NCBI GenBank assembly: GCA_041483895.1
Contig: JBGPGO010000011.1
Location: 64,001 to 128,000 of the forward strand
Origin: Fimbriimonadia bacterium
GTDB lineage: Bacteria > Armatimonadota > Fimbriimonadia > Fimbriimonadales > JABRVX01
DNA: 64,000 nt
Direction of reading: 5' to 3'
The notes under the pieces are model-generated. The model was not told the origin of the DNA and did not search any database. It saw only the letters and a program-made list of their open reading frames with translations. The stretch's first letter is position 1, and each line of letters opens with the position of its first letter. Made by a program: the position numbers and the translations under genes. Positions 47,501 through 57,200 of the stretch are shown here, in pieces.

Positions 47501-48143
47501 CGTCGATGGCAAGGCGTCTTCGGAGGTTGTCTTCTCGAGTCGAATCTTGATCGGTTAAGGTTTCGTTCAGGAGATCTCTGGCGCGCGACTCGCCGGCACT
47601 ATCCTCAAGTTCTTTGAAGAGAGCAACTGCGCGTTCGTTGTGTACGTGTGCCCTGGCGTCATGTCCCGCTGCATGCCACGCCGCTGCAGACCGGAGGAGC
47701 AGCCAGGCTGCGCCTACAGACTTCCCTTCTTCCTCCGCCGCCTTCTCGAACAATCCTCCAGCGGCGTCCAGCTTCGCCTCTCTTGCCAAAAGATAAGAGG
47801 CCAGGGAATGTGGTGTCAATTGCGGTCGCGAAGTGACTCCAAGCGAACCCAACGGTACATTGACTAGTCGCTCCACTGTCACTTGACGCAGCCGCACTTC
47901 GACATTATCCTTGCCAAATGAATTCTCTTCGCAAGCGAGCAACGAAATAGGAGTCAATAGCGGTTGGTTGTCATAGGTGAGAATGACATCTCCAACCACA
48001 ATCCCGGCTTTGTCAGCGAGCGAGCCTTTCGCGACGGTCTCCACAATGATGCCGATCGGCACATCGGCCCAATTGAATGACATATCGAGAATGACAAGAC
48101 AGACTGCAAGAAATCTCACTGGTACTCCTGGGGCGACAGGCAT
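44559..48143 (-). CDS. PDZ-TPR-CHAT (caspase-like) protease
   Basis: N-terminal hydrophobic segment; PDZ (GSLADKAGIVVGDVI); about 11 42-aa TPRs (LA..YNNLG); CHAT dyad HLATHG and LSACETG; HPYYWAPF. Confidence 0.92.
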   Translation of the reverse strand: MPVAPGVPVRFLAVCLVILDMSFNWADVPIGIIVETVAKGSLADKAGIVVGDVILTYDNQPLLTPISLLACEENSFGKDNVEVRLRQVTVERLVNVPLGSLGVTSRPQLTPHSLASYLLAREAKLDAAGGLFEKAAEEEGKSVGAAWLLLRSAAAWHAAGHDARAHVHNERAVALFKELEDSAGESRARDLLNETLTDQDSTREDNLRRRLAIDDAAGRSIWEAWSMNALGNLAWRHGDVDGAEAWMRKALEIREVKAPDSLDLAASYNNLGAAAWARKDLPAAEQWYRKALAIRERKAPGTTDVAACYTNLGVIAEELKDFPGAGAWYRRALSIQESIAPDSLALGAIYNNLGNVARDIGDQHATGEWYKKDLAIVERKAPDSLDLATTYKNLGAWARLVGDTRSSDEWYLKATTILDRKAPDSLDLATIYNNLGQDAEVRGDLKDAEEWDRKALAIWQKNDSDGISLGGGYNNLGNVAADRGDFQAADQWYRRALVIWESKLPESLELSLIYNNLGTNADTLGDLKASDAWHRKSLAIRESKAPGSIDLAYTYNNLASVANDRGDLGAADDWNRKSLDIWERQAPGSIELSRSYNNIGVTASHRGNMAVAEMRFRQALEIRKVKAPDSLDLAVSYDNLGILALRRGEIRQSEVMFGKAWRIVRRQSNSAVGDESRQSFAVNTILIGERLVRSQCLLSLATAFTTLQEMQAQALRQVLTDRVLSSKAKSSPNYRRYQDLLFRKDRLMKHAEQDSIRQIVAKREGRATDASDLKARYDLELAEATQTRVEAESLAREIKRQSPEVFVPELTTAQLQKSLPPHSLYLGYAVTPDGPVVIAIGRKWGPKTYVINLKEDSLRRLVDRVQVGLAMAPGQNARGVKSITNTKPATNLEADLQTLGKILIPKALGPMVLNAKRIIITPDGPLWNVPFAAFRVNGTYLGLSIPITYTPSIALFARSAAQPSPRGRGACVLGGAYFTRSQSSAKNDSPDRSARSYLWGSASPPPYLPGTSVEAKSVAALYGVKPLIGEEASEANLRTKLAGARVIHLATHGYLNELIPMSSGLLLTVPKMEPKEDETDDDGALQAWEIAGELHLSADLVVLSACETGQGKNVRGEGIVGLTRSLTFAGARSVVASLWQVSDASTADLMVAFHRNRKLGKATDEALRLAMVETAKKHPHPYYWAPFTLTGDWR

Positions 48144-48234
48144 ATGGATATTGTATTACACTATGAGGTGAAGCGGCTCCCTTGGGTTACTTTCTGCTTC
48201 CGAGTTGGTGGCAGAACTGCTCAATTTGCTCGTA

Positions 48235-48262
48235 GCTATCGAAAACAACCATTATCGATAGG
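48235..48262 (+). other. 28-bp dif-like recombination site C
   Basis: GCTATCGAAAA CAACCA TTATCGATAGG, followed by 31 bp shared with site D. Confidence 0.8.
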
Positions 48263-48340
48263 TCTTGGGATTGCTGCGATGCTGGCGTCCTGGCCGTACG
48301 CCGGCAGTATGGCCCGTGATAGCCGATCGTGGCGGCTACG

Positions 48341-48728
48341 CTACCCTGCGTGCGTCGTGGGAGCATCCTGAGCGGTTGTCTGGTTCGCCGCTTGCCAATG
48401 ACTTGGGCGCTGTGGATGCAAGCGCTCTCCTTCCAGAGATACGTTCGGATAGTGCGGTAAGAGCAACTCGGACAGTTCGCTGATGCGCGGATCCGAGTGG
48501 AGCGTCTTCGGATTCGATAGCATGCCGACCATGCCGTCGGTCATCGCTTCGCACAAGGCGTTCTGTCCATGATATCGATGGCTGAGGTGCCGGGCGTATT
48601 CCTCAGAGCAGCCAGTCGGCCCGCCTTTGCCATCCCGCAAGGCGCTTTCCGCCGCTTCCCTTGCGAAGCCCACGGCCAACTCGGCAATCCTTCGCGCGAC
48701 GGCCGCGTCGAATGCCGGCGGTGCTGTT
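48341..48728 (-). pseudogene. 3' remnant of an unknown gene truncated by IS21
   Basis: Frame is open from the IS left end (TAPPAFDAAVARRIAELAVGF...) to the stop at 48341; no matching 5' half seen on the other side of the IS. Confidence 0.45.
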
Positions 48729-48860
48729 TGTAAACGGCGGAGAGAAACTGTACCACTGAGGCGGCGGGTACCAACCCGAATCGCCGGAGCAAAATTGTAC
48801 CGGCCTTGACGGCCTCTTCCAGACTTCGGATTGAAATCCGGAGGATGGGGAGGCGAAAGG

Positions 48861-50356
48861 ATGTACTCAGTGGAAATCTACGTAAGAGTTCGGCGCGCCG
48901 TCGTTGTGGAAGGCCTGAGCCAAAGGGAGGCCGCGCGGCAATTTGGAATCCATCGCGACACCGTTCGCAAGATGCTCGCCTTTTCTCTTCCTCCCGGCTA
49001 CCAGCGCAAGGAGCCGGCGGCAAAGCCGAAGATCGGCCCGTTCACGAGGGTCATCGACCAGATTTTAGAAGAGGACCTTGGCGCCCCGAAGAAGCAGCGC
49101 CACAGCGCGCATCGGATCTATGAGCGCCTCACCGAAGAGCACGGCTTGGCGGTGGGTACACCATCGTCAAGGACTACGTTCGGGAGCGAAAGCTGGTGAA
49201 GGAGGAGATGTTCGTTCCGCTTTCCCACCCTGCCGGCCATGCGCAGGCGGACTTTGGAGAAGCTCTTGCTGTAATCGGCGGCGTACAAAGGAAAATTCAC
49301 TTCTTCGCGATGGATCTGCCTTTTAGCGACGCCTGTTTCGTGAAGGCATACCCGTCAGAGACGAAAGAGGCGTTCTTAGATGGCCACGTGTCGGCGTTTT
49401 CGTTCTTCGGCGGCGTTCCGCAGTCCATTCTCTACGACAACACGAAGATCGCGGTGGCGCAGATCGTGGGGTCAGGAACGAGAGTTCGCACCAAGGCGTT
49501 CACGGAACTCGTCAGCCATTACCTGTTTGGCGATCGGTTCGGCAGGCCGGCCAAAGGCAACGACAAGGGGAAAGTGGAAGGTCTCGTCGGCTACGCCCGG
49601 CGCAACTTCCTGGTCCCCATCCCTCGGTTTGCAAATTTTGAAGAACTCAACCACCACCTGGAGGAGCAGTGCCAAAAGCGCCGTGAAGACCGCCTGCGGG
49701 GAAAGAGCGCCATGATCGGCGAGCGGCTCGTTCTCGACCAGGATGCATTCCTGCCGCTTCCCACCGCCGAGTATGATGCTTGCGACAAGCGGGTGGCCCG
49801 GGTCAGCTCGCTCTCCCTGGTTCGGTACAAGGGCAACGACTACTCCGTCCCCACCCGCTACGGCCACCTGGAGGTTCTGGTAAAGGGGTTCGTGCATGAT
49901 GTCGTCATCTCGTACAAAACAGATGTCATCGCCCGGCACGTTTGTTCCTACGAAAAGGAGGACTTCGTCTTCGATCCGCTGCACTACCTTGCGCTCCTGG
50001 AAAGGAAGGTTGGCGCGCTGGAGCAGGCGGCGCCTCTTGCCGGTTGGGATCTCCCCGAAGAGTTCGCATCCCTGCGCCGCCTTCTGGAAGGCCGGATGGG
50101 AACAAACGGCAAGAGGGAGTACGTGCAGGTGCTGAGGCTTCTGGAAACCTTCTGCGCCGAAGATGTCGTCGTCGCCGTGCGGGCCGCCCTTTCGCTTTCG
50201 GCGATCAGCTTCGATGCGGTAAAGCATCTTCTTCTTTGCCGAATCGAAAAGAGGCCGGAAAGACTCGACCTTTCGCTGTATCCGCATCTTCCCAAAGCCC
50301 TGGTTCAGACCACGAAGGCCGCGAGCTATCTCGCCCTGCTGACGGAGGTGGCCTAA
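48861..50356 (+). pseudogene. istA: IS21 transposase IstA, frameshifted near 49148
   Basis: HTH (SQREAARQFGIHRDTVRKM), AQADFGE, YDNTK, KGKVE; restoring 1 nt at CACGGCTT^GGCGGTGGGTAC gives the conserved GGYTIVKDYVR. Confidence 0.9.
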
Positions 50357-50357
50357 G

Positions 50358-51113
50358 ATGGACCAATCTCCGCAAGTTCTGCTAACCCATCACCTCAAGG
50401 CTTTGAAGCTACCGACCTTCCTTCGGGAATATGAGAAGACGGCGTCGCTATGCGCGAGCGCGAACGAAGGCCACGTGCGCTACCTGTTTCGCCTGTGCGA
50501 GCGGGAGCTGATCGACAGGGAGCGCAGGATGGTGGAACGAAGGATCCGGCAGGCGCGCTTTCCCGCCGTGAAGGGTCTCGATACCTTCGACTTCGCCGCC
50601 ATCCCTTCTGTAAACAAATCGTTGGTCGTGGAACTCTCGAGGTGCGAGTGGGTTCAAAAGAAAGAGAACGTGATCGCTCTAGGCAACTCCGGAACGGGAA
50701 AGACCCACGTTGCCTTAGGGCTCGGCCTTGCCGCTTGCCAGAAGGGCCTTGCCGTCGGCTTTACCACCGCGGCCGCTCCGGTGCACGAATTGATGGAAGC
50801 CAAGGAAGAAAAGAGGCTGCTGCGCTTCCAGAAGCAGCTTGCCGCTTGCCGGCTGCTCATCATCGACGAACTGAGGTTCGTGCCTCTGTCCAAGACCGGG
50901 GCGGAGCTTCTCTTCGAGGTGTTCAGTCTTCGGTATGAACGAGGCTCGGTTCTCGTGACCAGCAACCTGCCGTTCGACGAGTGGACGGAGGTGTTCGGCT
51001 CCGATCGCCTGACCGGCGCTCTTCTTGATCGTCTCACACACCACGTCCACATCCTGGAGATGAACGCCGAGAGTTACCGCCTGACGCAAAGCAAGAAGCG
51101 AAAGGCAACTTGA
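50358..51113 (+). CDS. istB: IS21 helper AAA+ ATPase IstB
   Basis: GNSGTGKTH, LLIIDEL, TSNLPFDEW, LLDRLTHH. Confidence 0.93.
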   Translation: MDQSPQVLLTHHLKALKLPTFLREYEKTASLCASANEGHVRYLFRLCERELIDRERRMVERRIRQARFPAVKGLDTFDFAAIPSVNKSLVVELSRCEWVQKKENVIALGNSGTGKTHVALGLGLAACQKGLAVGFTTAAAPVHELMEAKEEKRLLRFQKQLAACRLLIIDELRFVPLSKTGAELLFEVFSLRYERGSVLVTSNLPFDEWTEVFGSDRLTGALLDRLTHHVHILEMNAESYRLTQSKKRKAT

Positions 51114-51289
51114 TCGCACGAACCTAGATCGGCTTGAAAAAGCCTGGCCTGTCCATTGAAGATTCAAACACGATGACTACGACCAGAACAACCCGCCGCC
51201 TCAGTGGTACAGTTTCTCTCCGCCGTTTACAGCTCCAGTGCCTTTCGGCAGGTAGTGGCTTACATCACCATTGGAGGAGGCACTAATGA

Positions 51290-54200
51290 TCAGTCATCTC
51301 CCGCCATACCGAAGTTCATGACGACGATCGTTAGATCGTGCATGTCAACAGATCCGCCACCATCAAGATCGTTTGGACTTGGTCCCTCGCCAAATGAGAG
51401 AAATATCGCATTCAGATCGCGGATGTTGACAACGTTATTACGCTCGGCGTCACCATTCTCGAGAGTGATTTCGATTCCTGAGACGCTTCCATTGGTTGCA
51501 TCAATCGGCACAACCCTTCGCAACCAATGGCCGGGTTTTGCCGCGAGATCGAGCGCCGCCGCCGGAACGGGAATCGCAAACTCCCCGTTAGGGCGAATCA
51601 CGGCATCGAAATCGCCAAAAGCAGCCCTCGAACCAAGTTCGCGAAGCTCGAAACGGATGCGATCGGGAGGAATACCCACGAAGTCGTTGAGCAAAATAAT
51701 GCCGGTGGCCGTCGTTGAAACGTATTCACTTGCCCCGACGTCGACATGATGGCCAATCGTCCTCGGCAGCAGATCGACATCCCATCGCGGTGGGACGGTG
51801 GCATCATCCAGCCCCGTATCGATGCATGTAGATGCCGCGGAGAGATGGTAGTCGCCGTTGGCTATATCGATGAACAGCGGATCAACGGATACGTTGCCAT
51901 TCTTGCCAACGGGGCTCTTGATGCTCGGATCATAGTCTTTCGTCCCATTACCATATATGACGCTGTTCCACCAATTCGCAGGAGGTATGGAGTTCGAATC
52001 TTGAACTCCTTGATTGTTGAAGGCAATAACGTTGTTCGCAAGGAAGAGCGGCGACGAGGAGAGAACCAAACCGTATGTCCATGGGTTTTTTGCAACCGTA
52101 CAGTTGATGAATTCTCCATGACAAACGGAAAAGCTCGCTCCACCTCGATTTCCGTAAAAAAGTGAATCGTGGACAGCGATGTTACTAAGCCGCGAATAGA
52201 GTCCTACGGAACCATTATTGATGAAATACAGGCTAGATACTTTCGAGCCGGAGCTATACAAATAGACAGGGATGCCGCCATTGGACACAAAGACGTTGCG
52301 GCTGATAGTCGGTGAGGCTCCTGAGACGTTGATGCCCGCGCCAACGCCTTGTCGAGATCCTTTCGTAATAGTAAACCCGTCGATTACCGTATCTGGTAGA
52401 GCCCCCGGAGACACATCAATAATGCTCTTCGTCGAACCGCCTGCCCCATCGAGAATTGACTGATTTTGCGATGACAGAAATCGGTCTTCTAATTCCCATT
52501 CTGTCCCCAGAAAGCCTCCATAGAGCTTGACAGATGAAGGCAGGGTAAGGTTCTCCTTGTATGTGCCTGCTGTAACCCAAACTTCATCTCCCGGCGCACT
52601 GATCGCGAGCGCCGCAGCCACTGTTCTCTTCGCTGTTTGCCACCTTAGCCCGTCAGCCGCATCGCTTCCAAGCGGTTTTACATAGATGGTCTTGGATGGA
52701 GATGGCCCTACCCAAACCGTACCATCCGATTCATCGGCGCCAATGTCTACGTGCGCTCCCAATAATCGCACTTCGTCATCGATATCGCTGCCGGATGAGT
52801 CTACGTCGCTGCCGCCATCGATGCACGGCGAGCCGGGCTGAATATGAACATCTTTGGTGTATCGATTCGCGATCAATGGATCTTCGGATATGTTGCCGTC
52901 GACTCCGATGGGATCCGAAGCGAATCCGCTCAAATTGGCCCAACCGTTGTCAAAGACATCATTGTTGTGAAAATCGAGCAACGCAACCTTGTCAAGATAG
53001 ACTCCAGAAGCATTATGGGAGATCAGGTTATTCGCCATGGTGAGATTGGTGCCGGAGAATGCGACTGCGCCTCTCGGGGCCGAATTCAAAACAATCGTAT
53101 TTCCAATCAGGGTAGCATTCCCTGAGAGGTAGAGCGCGCCTCCGCCGGCTCTAGCACGATTGCCGGACGCTACAGAATTTATCAGAGTGAGGCCGGCACC
53201 AGGCACACAGTAAATTGCAGGGCCGCTATCTGCCACGTTGTCCACGAGTTTGCAGTTCGTGCAGATTAGATAGCCGCCGTTGACGAACGAAATGCCTGCG
53301 CCAACGGCACCGAGGCTTCCTCCTTGTGATGTGTTGCCTTGGACAACGACATGATCAAATGTTCCGGACGTCGAGATAAGTTGGTTAGGGCCATAGTTGA
53401 ATCCATTGGCACCATCAACATCACTGTTATTTGTAATGGCAGAATACGATATTCTTATCAGACTATCATTTACGTTGAGCCCACAACCCCTTGCGCCTTT
53501 ATTGTCTGAAATAACCAGATTGACCATCGTCTCAATGGAATTCTGGATGAGCAATCCGCCTGTGACACCGTTCCGAATCGTGAAGCCATCGAGATATCCA
53601 ACGCCATTGACAAGGCTAAGAACCTGGCCCGACCTACCACCATCGATAGTCGTTGGATTCGCCACCCAATCGCGCTTCGAACGGTCGGATTCATTTCCCG
53701 CAAACCCGCCGTAGATCGATATTAGGCCTGAGGCAATCGGATGTTCTTGGTAAATTCCACCGCGAATCCAAACCTCGCCGCCGTCCGGCAACGCATCGAT
53801 CCCTCCTTGGACCGTCTTCTTTGCCGATGCCCAGGACAGCCCATCGTTCAAGTCATTTCCGTTCCCGCCGTCAACTCGCACCACGGCGGACGGCAGTGTT
53901 ACCGTATGATCTTCGTACCACTCGTCAGCACCGATATCGACCGCCGCGCCGGAAATGCGGTTCTCGTTGTCGATGTCGGCAAAGCCGGGAAATACATAGG
54001 AATTGTTGCCGGCGTCGATACACGGCGAACCGTGGCCCAGGTGATAGTCTCCCACCCATATGCCTGGGATTATTGGATCGACGGAAATGTTCCCACTGGT
54101 TCCGGTAGGATCGGCAGTTCCGGAATAATTTGTTGCATTCGCATAGACATTGTTGTTGGCATATGTGCCCGCGCTATAGGCATATATTCCGCCGCTGTTG

Positions 54201-57200
54201 TAGGCGACCAGGTTATTTGCGATAGTATCATTCGTTCCATAGTTCGTGATTGCAAAAACGTAGGGGTATCCGATTTGTGCGGCACCGTGATTGCTGATTA
54301 GAGTATTGTTCGTAACGGAACAGGTTGTTGCTTGGTACAACCCAATGGCTCCGGACCCTTCGTAGTTGCCGATCAGTACATTGTTCGCGACTTGGCCATT
54401 GGTTGTCACATCGAGAAGTACCGTGTAGCCGTTCGCGGAGCTATTCCAAGCGAATATATTACCGCTAATTCGTGGTGTTCCACGCAGACTCGACAACGCA
54501 CTCGCGGGAAGAGATTGTGTTGTGCTTGTATTATGCGCTACCACGTTTCTTGCAAACAAGACGGTCGAACTGCCTAAGTCGACGCCTGCGACGGCTATGG
54601 TTGAGTTGTTATATGATATCGTATTGTTTTGAATCGTTCCGCCGGCCTTGTCCAAATATGCCAATCCGGTGCCCTGATTCCGGGAGATAAGATTTGAATC
54701 GATCAGACCAGCTCTAAACTTCGCTGTGACGCCTGGTATGGAATTATCAATAATCTTGCAGGAGATCAGCCTGCTCGCTGCTCCCTGCATAACGACAGCA
54801 GTCCCAGTCTTGATTTGACTTGTACATTCCCGGACTACGCAATTGGCGATCTCATTGCTAGAGTAAAGTGCATAGATACCCGCACCAGGAAAGACTCCTG
54901 CATTTCCACGCTTAATCGTAAATCCGTCAAGCACAGAGAGATGCTCCCCGGCCGCGACATTGACCGCCGTGCCACGACCTTCGGCATCGATGATTGTTGG
55001 ATTGGTCTCAAAATTCCGTTCCGAGCGATCCGATTCCGACCCTGCGAATCCTCCGTACAGCGCAACAAAGACCGGTAATCGGATCATCTCGGGGTACGTG
55101 CCCTTCATCACCCAGGCCTCACCACCGAGATCTGTCGCGAGATCTAGGCCAGCTTGGATTGTCTTCTTGGCGGTTTCCCACGTCAACCCGTCATGAGAGT
55201 CATCTCCGTCAGGTCGAACATGGATGATGGCAGGATTCGTGTTCCATAGCGTGCCGTCACTTTCGTCCGCTCCAATATCCACAGCCGGCCCAAGTATGCG
55301 AGATTGCCCATCATAGTCGCCATAACCCGGCATCGCGTCGGAGTTATTTCCTGCGTCAACGCAAGGGGATGTCGGCTGCAGATGAAAATTGCCGAACGGC
55401 AAACTTGCAATCAGTGGCTCTGCTGCAATGTTGCCATCGGTTCCGGTTGGATCGGTAACGCCGGACCAGTTCGCTCCACTATTTCCAAATACGTCATTTG
55501 AGTGAAATGTCGATGCTGGAGCGCTTCCTGAGGCCAGCACGCCACCGCCGCCATTGAATGCCACAACATTGTTCGAAAAAAGAGCGGTCGATTGACGATA
55601 GTGAATTCCACCAGCTCCAGTCGTTGCCGTGTTTCCGGCTATGGTATTTCCGACGATGATTCCTCCGGAAACACTGCTCAAATATAGCCCGCCGCCACCA
55701 TCCGATCCATTTCCGACAATCCAGTTGTTCGCAATTGTGGCCGGTCCCCCAACATAGACACCGCCGCCATTGAGCGCGGAATTGCCGCGGATCAGATTCT
55801 GAACAATTGTGGGTGCGGAAAGCCCGGTGACTTCGATACCGCCGCCTTCGCCCGGCTTTGCCGGGTTGACATTGTTCGACAGAATATTTCGCGCTATCAC
55901 AGGCGAGGCCATATTGCAGATTATTCCGGATCCTGAGCACCATTCAATCGCACAGTTCTGAATGGTGGGGGATCCAGAACGGCAATAGATTCCACCGCCT
56001 GTCCCATTGCGCACTCGGAGTCCGTCCATGACTCCACTTACCGCAATGACCTCAATGCTCAATCCCGCGAACGATCCGTCAATGATAGTGGGATTCGCCT
56101 TCCAATCGCGATCATTACGATCGACTTCGTTCCCCTTGAATCCCCCATAGATTGAGAAGATGTCCCGGAGAACTAGATTCTCCTTAAAGGTGCCACCGGC
56201 GATCCAAATCTCCCCATCTCTCTCGGAAGCTTCCATAAGAGCAGAGCCGATGGTTCTCTTCGCCGTTGCCCAGCTAAGTCCGTCGTCCAGGTCGTTGCCA
56301 TCAGGTTTGACAAATGTTACAGCCGGTCCGCCGTGCCAATTTGTGCCATCGGACTCGTCGGCGCCGATATCAGGGCCCAAACCCTGAATCCGCAACTGCC
56401 CGTCCATATCGACCCAGCCGCCATCAACGAATGCCGGCGCACCGGCGTCAACGCAAGGGGAGGCAGCCTGTAAGTGGTAGTCTTGATTCTGCCAATTGGC
56501 AAACTGGGGATCTGCGGAAATGTTGCCGTTCGTGCCAGTCGGATTGGGCATTCCCGCGAAATTGGTATACCCGTTCTGCCATACATCATTATTTGAAAAG
56601 ATCGGAGCGATTCCGCCCTCCACCAATTCGATGCCGGTCGTGTTGTGTGCGATCACGTTGTTGGCTATTGTTGCTTGCGCGCCGGCAAACGCCAGTCCCG
56701 CCCCATTTGTCGCAATATTGCCTACGATGGTATTGTTGACAACTTTCGTGCCAGCCAAAGTGGAGCTCAGAGCGATGCCGGGCTTATTTGCGAATACCAG
56801 ATTGTTTGCAATTTGGGCAACGGCATCGCCGCCGATCACAACGCCGCCGCCCGGATCTCTGCCAAAGTTGCGAGCGATCACGTTGTTGAGTATCGAGCTG
56901 GCGCCACCATTGCAGATCACTCCCATGCCGTTATCGGCTATCCGATTGCGCAGAATCGTTGCGATTACGTCTTCACCAACCGTAACGCCGCCATACTTGC
57001 AGTTCGTAATAAGATTATCCTCAATCACAACATGCGAGTTTCCATCGCAGCTGAGTCCGACGGCGTCTACACTGATATCGCTTCTACCGTTGATCGTGTT
57101 GTTTTGGAGCACAGCCGAACAGGATTCAAGCATTACTTCAACCGATGGGTTACCTTCGAAGTGGCAATTGGTGACCGTTGGGCTCCCCAGATTTCCATGC

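Larger units (their letters stand above)
48729..51231 (+). mobile_element. IS21-family insertion sequence (2503 bp)
   Basis: Perfect 41-bp terminal inverted repeats TGTAAACGGCGGAGAGAAACTGTACCACTGAGGCGGCGGGT (48729-48769 / 51191-51231) enclosing istA-istB. Confidence 0.95.

Noticed and set aside
49130..49200. Programmed frameshift in istA
   Set aside because: No slippery heptamer, and IS21 istA is normally one ORF; a 1-nt deletion or sequencing error explains it.
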